The translations under genes and the position numbers were made by a program. The notes beneath the pieces were generated by a model. The model searched no databases. It saw only the letters and a list, made by a program, of their open reading frames with translations, and had not been told where the DNA came from. A stretch of 57,104 nucleotides of DNA. Source: Bacteroidetes/Chlorobi group bacterium MS-B_bin-24 (GTDB lineage Bacteria > Bacteroidota > Ignavibacteria > Kapaibacteriales > UBA2268). Positions 50,211-57,104 of this stretch are shown here, piece after piece; within the stretch, counting starts at the first letter, position 1, and every line of letters starts with the position of its first letter. Location: NCBI GenBank assembly GCA_003731685.1, contig RCNO01000007.1, forward strand, positions 270 to 57,373, given 5' to 3'.

Positions 50211-50893
50211 GTAGGGGGCGAATGATTATTTCGCCCCCTACATTTTTCCCAGACATCGGATGTTTCGAAAACATCCGATGTCTTTTGGCAGGGCAAGCGA
50301 TATTTGTTCCAGATGCATTTCATCGAACAAGGGGACTTCCAGACATCGGATGTCTGGCAGACATCCGATGTCTAACCAAAATGAATTCCGTTTGGCAAAC
50401 GAAATCGGTTTTGGGATTATGATATTTCGTAAGGGGGCAAATGATTATTTAGCCCCTACAATTTTCCCACACTTCGGATGCTTCAAAAACATCCGATGTC
50501 TTGTGGCAAGGCGAGCGCTGTTTGTTTTGGATGCATTTCGTTGAACAAGGGGTTTTCCCAGACATCGGCTGTCTGGCAGACATCCGATGTCTAACAAAAT
50601 GAATTCCGTTTGGGGGAACGAAATCGGTTTTGGGATTATGATATCTTGTAGGGGCGAAAAATTATTATCCCCTACAATTTCCCAGACATCGGATGTTTCA
50701 AAAACATCCGATGTCTTTTTGGCAAGGGCAAGCGCTGTTTGTTCCAGGTGCATTTCATCGAACAAGGGGTTTTCCAGACATCGGATGTCTGGCAGACATC
50801 CGATGTCTAACCAAAATGACTTCCGTTTGGGGAAACGAAATCGGTTTTAGGATTATGATATTTCGTAGGGTGCGAAAAATTATTCCCCCATAC
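50211..50893. repeat. Tandem array of the ~218-bp composite repeat (3 units plus terminal hairpin), locus 10
   Basis: Unit starts at 50211, 50429, 50648 and 50865 (periods 218, 219, 217); six double palindromes and four GTAG hairpins. Confidence 0.95.
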
Positions 50894-50895
50894 AA

Positions 50896-53037
50896 TTAAA
50901 ATTTAATTACTTTTAGTATTGCTTCTTTTACATCTTCTTTGTTGGGCAGGATGGCATTTTCGTATTCTTTTGCAAAACCGACTGGACAATCTTTCGAGCC
51001 TACTCGTAGTATGGGCGCATCCAAATAATTGAAGACATTTTCGGCGATTTTGCCGGCAATTTCGCCACCAAAGCCACCAGTTACTTTATCCTCGTGGGCA
51101 ATGACAACGCGATTTGTTTTGCGAATGGATTCGTACACAAGCTCTTCGTCCCAAGGTATCAAAGAACGCAAATCGATAACTTCGACATCGATGCCTTCGG
51201 CTTCGAGGTCCTTCGCTGCGAATAATGCAAGATGGACTGCTGTGCCATAGGCAACAACGGTAACATCGGTGCCGGCTCGGCGAATCTTTGCCTTACCAAA
51301 GGGGACCACAAACTCGGGGTGGGGCTTCTTTGCATACGCGTTTTTGAAATTATACAAAAACTTGGGTTCCAAATACATCGTTACCCCACGCGAACGAATT
51401 GCATTTCGCATAAGTCCAACAGCATCGTCGGCAAAAGCAGGAGCTACAATGCGAATTCCGGGAAGCGTTACTAATGCTCCTTCGATGTTCTGCGAATGAT
51501 ATAATCCCCCTTGAATATAACCACCACTGGCAAGACGAATCACAATATTCGGGGTGAATTGCCCCTTTGTCCTCCAATAGTCGTGTGAGCATTCAACAAG
51601 TTGTTCCATTGCGGGCCAGAAGTAATCGGCAAATTCGGCACCTTCGATGACAACACGAATGTCATCGCGGTATCGGCAGAATCCGTTTGCGGTTCCAACA
51701 ATATTATCCTCTGCAATCGGGGCGTTAAAAACTCTTTCTTTACCAAACATCTGGGGCATTCCTTTTACAACATTGAACACCCCGCCTTTGCCAATGTCCT
51801 GTCCCCAAAGAAATGTGTTTGGATTCCTTTGGAACTCTTCAATTAGAGTTTGATTGATTGCCTCGCGTAGAGAAATCAAAGGTGCATCGGGATCGGGTTC
51901 GTATTCTTCGGTTTTAGCATCTTTTGGAATATATGGTTCCGGAATAATGAACTTATTCCATTGAGAGCCGTCGGCATTTGGCATTTTTTCGGCTTGGTCT
52001 GCTGCTTCGAAAATAATCCGTTGGTTTTCGGATTCTATTTCCTGTAGTTCCTCTTCTGTTGCAATGCCACGACTTAGAATGTAGTATCGAAATTGAAGTA
52101 GAGGGTCACGGCGGGCTACGGTTTGCAATTCTTCGGGTGTGCGGTAAAGTTCGTGATTGTCGGAATTAGAGTGGGAGCCAATTCGGTCACATTCTGCGTG
52201 CACAATTGCAGGACCATTGCCACTTTCGACCCATTCAATTGCACTTTGCAAAGCACGATAGGAGTCGAACGGGTCTCGACCATCGCAGTTTATTATTTTT
52301 AAGTTTTTCAAGCCCGAAAAGTTCTCGGCTACATTCAAATTTCCCATCACTTCGTGTAGCGGAACCGAGATGCCATATTTATTGTTTTGGATTACGAACA
52401 CGACTGGCAATTTTTCGGTCGAGGCGCAGTTGACTGCTTCGAAATAATATCCTTCGGCAGTGGCAGATTCACCAGTTGAACAGAAAACAATCTCGTCGCC
52501 ATTGTATCTACGGATAGCCCTGCCCAGCCCAGCAGCGTGTTGGGCGTGATTTCCTGTGCACGAGGACACGTTTTGTATTCTTATCTCGGGCTTAGCAAAA
52601 TGATTGCTCATATGGCGTCCGCCACCTGCAACATCGGCGTCTTTGCTCAAACCATTCAAAATTATCTCGTATGGGGTAATACCAGCAGCAAGGCAGGTTA
52701 GCATATCGCGATAATACGGGAAAAGAAAATCTTTCCCCGCCCGAAACACAAGACCTAAAGCCAGCTGTATCCCATCGTGCCCGCCAAATGGGGCGTGATA
52801 GGACCATCCCTTTGCCATCTTCAAGTACAACGCAGCCTTCTCGTCGAGCCTTCTGCCCAACTGGTTTAATTTATACCATTTCAGGATAGTTTCCTTGTCG
52901 AATCCAGTAAAATCGAACTTGCTGTAAAGCTCGACTTCGCGTTCCTTCCCCAGATAGGTCATCTTTACAATCTTTGCCTTGCCGTTTGGCTTTGATTCAA
53001 TTTTCTTTTCGCTTAATTTTGCTTTTGCATTTTTCAT
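50896..53037 (-). CDS. Fused E1 alpha/beta 2-oxoacid (probably 2-oxoisovalerate) dehydrogenase
   Basis: PYYRD, GGRHMSNHF, GES..EG...NN TPP motif, SHSNSD, GQD, PIAE, HSQ, IDLRSL. Confidence 0.92.
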   Translation of the reverse strand: MKNAKAKLSEKKIESKPNGKAKIVKMTYLGKEREVELYSKFDFTGFDKETILKWYKLNQLGRRLDEKAALYLKMAKGWSYHAPFGGHDGIQLALGLVFRAGKDFLFPYYRDMLTCLAAGITPYEIILNGLSKDADVAGGGRHMSNHFAKPEIRIQNVSSCTGNHAQHAAGLGRAIRRYNGDEIVFCSTGESATAEGYYFEAVNCASTEKLPVVFVIQNNKYGISVPLHEVMGNLNVAENFSGLKNLKIINCDGRDPFDSYRALQSAIEWVESGNGPAIVHAECDRIGSHSNSDNHELYRTPEELQTVARRDPLLQFRYYILSRGIATEEELQEIESENQRIIFEAADQAEKMPNADGSQWNKFIIPEPYIPKDAKTEEYEPDPDAPLISLREAINQTLIEEFQRNPNTFLWGQDIGKGGVFNVVKGMPQMFGKERVFNAPIAEDNIVGTANGFCRYRDDIRVVIEGAEFADYFWPAMEQLVECSHDYWRTKGQFTPNIVIRLASGGYIQGGLYHSQNIEGALVTLPGIRIVAPAFADDAVGLMRNAIRSRGVTMYLEPKFLYNFKNAYAKKPHPEFVVPFGKAKIRRAGTDVTVVAYGTAVHLALFAAKDLEAEGIDVEVIDLRSLIPWDEELVYESIRKTNRVVIAHEDKVTGGFGGEIAGKIAENVFNYLDAPILRVGSKDCPVGFAKEYENAILPNKEDVKEAILKVIKF

Positions 53038-53132
53038 ATATACTTAATTTTTGTTAAACTAACTTTAAAATTTAAGAAACGAAAAAATTTTAATTTGCTT
53101 TTAAACATAAAAAACAAATATATGGAAATTTT

Positions 53133-53810
53133 ATGAAAGAAAGAAGAATAGTAATCGGGGATGTTCATGGTTGTTATCGAACTTTGGTTGAACTAATAGA
53201 AAATAAAGTTAAGGCTACTGCCGGCGATAAGTTGTATTTTCTTGGGGATTTGATTGACCGCGGACCACGCGTCCGCCAAACCGTCGACTATGTCGTAGAT
53301 TTATGTGAGCGGGGCAGGGCGGTGGTAATTCGCGGTAACCACGAAGAAATGCTGTTGCAATCATTAACCGATGCCATAGCCTTTTCCACTTGGATTTACA
53401 ATGGATGCGAATCGACCCTTGCAGGCTTTGGAGTTCAACATCCATTGGAAATTCCCGAAAAGTATTTGAATTTCTTCCAAAATCTGCTCTATTTTGTTGA
53501 ATTCGACGATTTTATACTTGTCCATGGCGATTTAGATTTTGATGCCGAGAACCCATTCGAGAACAAATACTGGATGGTGTGGGGACGGAGTTTATGCGCT
53601 CGACCCGAAAAAATTGGCTATCGGAAAGTTGTGGTTGGGCACACGCCAACGCCCTTGCCCAGAATTCAAAAGTCGCTGAAAGAGTGGAAAATCTATCTCG
53701 ATGGTGGATGTGTGTATGCAAACAATCCTTTCCGCCCCGATTTAGGCTACCTTTGTGCCCTCGAGTTGGATACATCAACTCTTCATTATGTTTATAACAT
53801 TGATTTTTAG
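53133..53810 (+). CDS. Ser/Thr phosphatase-like metallophosphoesterase (PphA/ApaH family)
   Basis: GDVHG, GDLIDRG, RGNHE, VHG, GHTP, DGG. Confidence 0.92.
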   Translation: MKERRIVIGDVHGCYRTLVELIENKVKATAGDKLYFLGDLIDRGPRVRQTVDYVVDLCERGRAVVIRGNHEEMLLQSLTDAIAFSTWIYNGCESTLAGFGVQHPLEIPEKYLNFFQNLLYFVEFDDFILVHGDLDFDAENPFENKYWMVWGRSLCARPEKIGYRKVVVGHTPTPLPRIQKSLKEWKIYLDGGCVYANNPFRPDLGYLCALELDTSTLHYVYNIDF

Positions 53811-53868
53811 GCAAACCTAAATTCAATTTTTTTATTAATTTTGTTATTTTGAAAAATAAATTTTTAAA

Positions 53869-54912
53869 ATGTTTATTAGAAGAATAATTATTCTGATTTC
53901 TTTATTTTCGTTGGTAGTTGGTTTAACAGCGGGAATTACTCGTGCTGGGGAATTTAACCTTTTGTTCTATATAAATCAATATCATTTTCTAATTATGATT
54001 GGAAGTTTTCTGGGCACTTTAATAACATTGGAAAGAGTTGTGACAATTGAAAACAAAGTGTTTCACTATCTACCTTTGTTAAATGGTTCAAGCCTTATTT
54101 TCTTTCTTCTGAATGAGCCCGAAATTGCAAACTTAATGTTGGTTTTGGGTGGATTAATACTTACTTTGATATTTCTCTACTTTTTGTTTTCGCATAACGA
54201 CCTTGTTCATTGGCTATTTTTGCTCTCGGGAATAGCATATACATTGGGAATGCTTGTATTTTATTTGGATAAAGACCTATTTTTGAGTGTAAGACTGCTC
54301 GAAATGTTCCTTTTGATTACGATTATCGCCGAAAGACTTGAATTGAGTAAGTTTATTGGCATTTCAAATTTTAAAAAATACATTCTTTTGCTTTTTCTGA
54401 TACTTTCTGGCTTTTTCTTGAAAATCAATGAAATTGCTTATGGTGTTTCAATAATTCTTATTGCCCTTTGGTTAATGCAAAACGATATAGCAAGGATAAA
54501 TATTAAAAAGTCCGAACCTTTTCGCTTTCGTGGTATTGCATTGATGTTTGGCTATTTTGGGTTGCTGATAAATGGTTTGACAATTGTGTTGCCAAAGTAT
54601 TCAACATACGACCTGCAAATACACTCTTTCTTCCTTGGTTTTGTAATGAATATGATTTTTGCACATATATCAATAATCTTACCTGCTGTTTTGAAAGTGA
54701 AAATTAAAGAAAACTACTTTTTAAACTATACTGTTCTCATCACATTTCAAATTGTTTTAATTTTGCGGTTCCTTTCTACAATTTTATTTGGGAGTAGTTT
54801 CCCGCATTTAGCATTAGTAAACGCAATTGTGCTTCTTCTTTTCTTTATTGTTAATCTTTTTAGCATTCTATCAGAGAAAATTCATAAAAGTCTACAAGGT
54901 CCTAATGTTTAA
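53869..54912 (+). CDS. Polytopic membrane protein with conserved His (NnrS/heme-copper-fold-like family)
   Basis: About 12 TM; H..IM.G.FLGTLITLER and IH.FFLGFVM.MIFAH..IILPAVL motifs. Confidence 0.6.
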   Translation: MFIRRIIILISLFSLVVGLTAGITRAGEFNLLFYINQYHFLIMIGSFLGTLITLERVVTIENKVFHYLPLLNGSSLIFFLLNEPEIANLMLVLGGLILTLIFLYFLFSHNDLVHWLFLLSGIAYTLGMLVFYLDKDLFLSVRLLEMFLLITIIAERLELSKFIGISNFKKYILLLFLILSGFFLKINEIAYGVSIILIALWLMQNDIARINIKKSEPFRFRGIALMFGYFGLLINGLTIVLPKYSTYDLQIHSFFLGFVMNMIFAHISIILPAVLKVKIKENYFLNYTVLITFQIVLILRFLSTILFGSSFPHLALVNAIVLLLFFIVNLFSILSEKIHKSLQGPNV

Positions 54913-54928
54913 CATTTAGAGGTTTCTT

Positions 54929-55585
54929 ATGGATTACTATGTAACAAAAACAAATCTTGCTCAAAAAACAAATCAATGGCTGAACAGAATCGCTCCGTTT
55001 AATACGCACAAACTCGCTTTAAACCCATCAAAATCTGCACTACTTGTTATCGATATGCAAAAGTTTTTCCTCGACCCCGAGTCGCCCACATTTACTTGCG
55101 GAGGTCTTGCGATAATTGATAATTTAAAGAGCTTAATTGATGCATATCGAAGGAAAGGGCTACCGGTGATTTTTACCTGCCACGTCCACGACCCCAAGGG
55201 GATTGATTCTGGGATAATGAAATGGTGGTGGGAAGGAATGTGTATAGAAAATAGTCCCGAAAGTAAGGTAATAGATGAAATTGCCCCACGAGAAGAGGAG
55301 AAAATAATCTACAAGCACCGTTATTCTGCTTTTTACAACACCGATTTGGAAACCTATCTTCGTGGCTTAAAAGTCGAAGACCTTGTTGTAACAGGAATTA
55401 TGACCAATATGTGCTGTGAGTCGACTGCTCGCGATGCTTACTACCGTGACTACAGGGTGTTTTTCCTTGCCGATGCAACAGGTTCTATTAACGAAGAGAT
55501 GCATATTGCCTCTTTACTTAATCTGGCTTTGGGTTTTGCCTATGTTACACACACCCAAGAAATTTTGAATTTTTTGGAAACTTAA
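54929..55585 (+). CDS. Isochorismatase-family cysteine hydrolase
   Basis: LLVIDMQ, KHRYSAF, GIMTNMCCESTARDA. Confidence 0.92.
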   Translation: MDYYVTKTNLAQKTNQWLNRIAPFNTHKLALNPSKSALLVIDMQKFFLDPESPTFTCGGLAIIDNLKSLIDAYRRKGLPVIFTCHVHDPKGIDSGIMKWWWEGMCIENSPESKVIDEIAPREEEKIIYKHRYSAFYNTDLETYLRGLKVEDLVVTGIMTNMCCESTARDAYYRDYRVFFLADATGSINEEMHIASLLNLALGFAYVTHTQEILNFLET

Positions 55586-55724
55586 TTTTGGAATTAAAGC
55601 GTGCCTAAATCAACACTGTTTTTTAAGTTCAAGCGCGGAAGTTTTTGTTTTAAATAAATTTGATATTTGCTCAATACAATCAACCCTTTAAATAAAGATA
55701 GAAAATTTTTCATATTATCGTCTC

Positions 55725-55881
55725 GTAGGGGCGAGCGGCCGCTCGCCCCTACAATTTTCCAGACATCGGATGTCTGGCAGACATCCGATGTCTTTTTGTA
55801 AAGGGTCGCGAACGAGAGTTATTCGGTCAAGCCACCAAATAATTTATTATCTCTTAAGGGCGAATAATTATCCGCCCCTAC
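55725..55881. repeat. Composite REP-like element, locus 11
   Basis: Perfect GTAGGGGCGAGCGGCCGCTCGCCCCTAC (55725-55752), B-type double palindrome 55761-55793, AT-centre hairpin at about 55855-55881. Confidence 0.9.
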
Positions 55882-56001
55882 ATAAATTTTGTTTCATTGT
55901 TATTTCAATGTTCAACACAAATTTTATTGATAATTAAAAGCATTTCCTTTAAATAATATTAAATTGCTTAAATTTAATTTTTTCAAAATTGATAATTGAA
56001 A

Positions 56002-57104
56002 ATGGATGAAAAGAACAAGCAGTTGGTGGAAGCCAAAATCAAGCAGATGTTCGAACTTAAAGGCAAGGCTCTCGAAGGTGGCGGGAAAGACCGCATCGAG
56101 GCACAGCATAAAAAAGGGAAGCTGACTGCACGCGAGCGAATCGATTTGCTTTTGGACAAGGGGAGCTTTTACGAAATCGATATGCTTGTCCATCATCATT
56201 CTCACGATTTTGGCTTGGACAAAAATGTCTTCTTTGGCGATGGCGTTGTTACCGGCTACGGAACAATCGAAGGGCGAAAGGTTTTTGTATTTTCACAAGA
56301 TTTTACCGTTCTTGGTGGCAGTCTCGCTGCTGAACACGGGCGAAAAATTTGCAAAATTATGGATATGGCTATGAAACTTGGATGCCCTGTGATTGGGTTG
56401 AACGATTCGGGTGGGGCTCGTGTGCAAGAAGGCGTAATCTCGCTTGGTGCTTATGCCGATATTTTCCTACGCAATACGCTTGCTTCGGGTGTTATTCCGC
56501 AAATTTCGGTTATTATGGGACCTTGCGCCGGCGGCGCTGTCTACTCCCCCGCTATTACCGATTTTATCATAATGGTGGAAAAAACATCGTATATGTTTGT
56601 TACAGGTCCAAAGGTTGTAAAGACTGTTCTACACGAGGAATATACCTCCGAAGAGCTTGGCGGGGCTAATGTCCACGCTACGAAAAGCGGAGTAGCCCAT
56701 TTTACAGCTCCGAACGATTTGGAAGCCCTGCGTCTTGTTCGGAAACTCCTTTCCTTTATTCCATCGAACAACAGCGAAGACCCGCCATTTATACCAAACG
56801 ATGACCCAATCGACCGAGAAGATGAGGAGCTGAACTACATCGTCCCTGCAAATCCCAATCAACCATACGATATGAAGGATATAATTCGTAAAATTGCCGA
56901 CAATGGGGAATTTCTGGAAGTTCATAAGGATTGGGCACCTAATATCATTGTTGGGTTCATACGGCTTGGGGGCTATTCTGTTGGGGTTGTTGCCAACCAG
57001 CCGGCTGTGCTTGCTGGCGTTTTGGATATTAATTCTTCGAGGAAGGGTGCCCGCTTTGTTCGATTTTGCGATGCTTTCAATATTCCTCTGCTTGTTCTCG
57101 AAGA
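56002..57104 (+). CDS. pccB: Acyl-CoA carboxylase carboxyltransferase subunit (PccB/MmdA-like), partial
   Basis: Absent from the ORF track because it has no stop. Manual translation MDEKNKQL...[60 protein letters not shown]. Confidence 0.92.
   Translation, partial: MDEKNKQLVEAKIKQMFELKGKALEGGGKDRIEAQHKKGKLTARERIDLLLDKGSFYEIDMLVHHHSHDFGLDKNVFFGDGVVTGYGTIEGRKVFVFSQDFTVLGGSLAAEHGRKICKIMDMAMKLGCPVIGLNDSGGARVQEGVISLGAYADIFLRNTLASGVIPQISVIMGPCAGGAVYSPAITDFIIMVEKTSYMFVTGPKVVKTVLHEEYTSEELGGANVHATKSGVAHFTAPNDLEALRLVRKLLSFIPSNNSEDPPFIPNDDPIDREDEELNYIVPANPNQPYDMKDIIRKIADNGEFLEVHKDWAPNIIVGFIRLGGYSVGVVANQPAVLAGVLDINSSRKGARFVRFCDAFNIPLLVLE

Noticed and set aside
50211-50893. CRISPR array
   Set aside because: The intervening sequences are conserved linkers rather than unique spacers, the repeats are dispersed across the window, and there are no cas genes.
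49985-50899. Short ORFs encoding TSDV/RHRM/DIGC motifs (also 2887-3178, 11778-11984, 18371-18757, 47834-48189)
   Set aside because: They are translations of the palindromic repeats in several frames, with no RBS or protein-like composition.

Overview
This is mostly core chromosome of an AT-rich bacterium. Gene order (ileS-dksA-like-lspA-rluD, fused E1 alpha/beta, split rfaE, double exbD) suggests a Bacteroidota/Chlorobi/Ignavibacteria/Kapabacteria-type organism, which is inference only. It holds about 50 CDS, including glmS, comEC, pgeF, STAS-exbB-exbD-exbD-tonB, hrcA, manC, hutI, rpmH-rnpA-yidD-yidC, nifJ plus a DHOD-like gene, coaD, CIRCE-groESL, a PAS kinase/NarL pair, murB, mnmE followed by a perfect parS, ileS, mltD, nrfHA, rfaE1/E2 and a partial pccB. 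I found no rRNA, tRNA, CRISPR, transposase or phage genes. Two things stand out. (1) A dense, modular intergenic repeat family occurs at 11 loci. It is built from about 23 copies of a 33-bp palindrome of palindromes (AGACATCGGATGTYT-N3-ARACATCCGATGTCT), about 13 GTAG-tagged hairpins of about 28 bp, and two conserved linkers. These assemble into a ~218-bp unit that occurs singly, inverted and as a tandem array. (2) An AT-rich minus-strand cassette at the left end consists of a promoter, a leader ORF with an (AG)8 microsatellite, a secreted Trp/Cys/Pro-rich small protein, a terminator hairpin and a TPR-thioredoxin lipoprotein. It looks like a candidate peptide plus maturation/receptor module. 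All counts and coordinates were read by eye.
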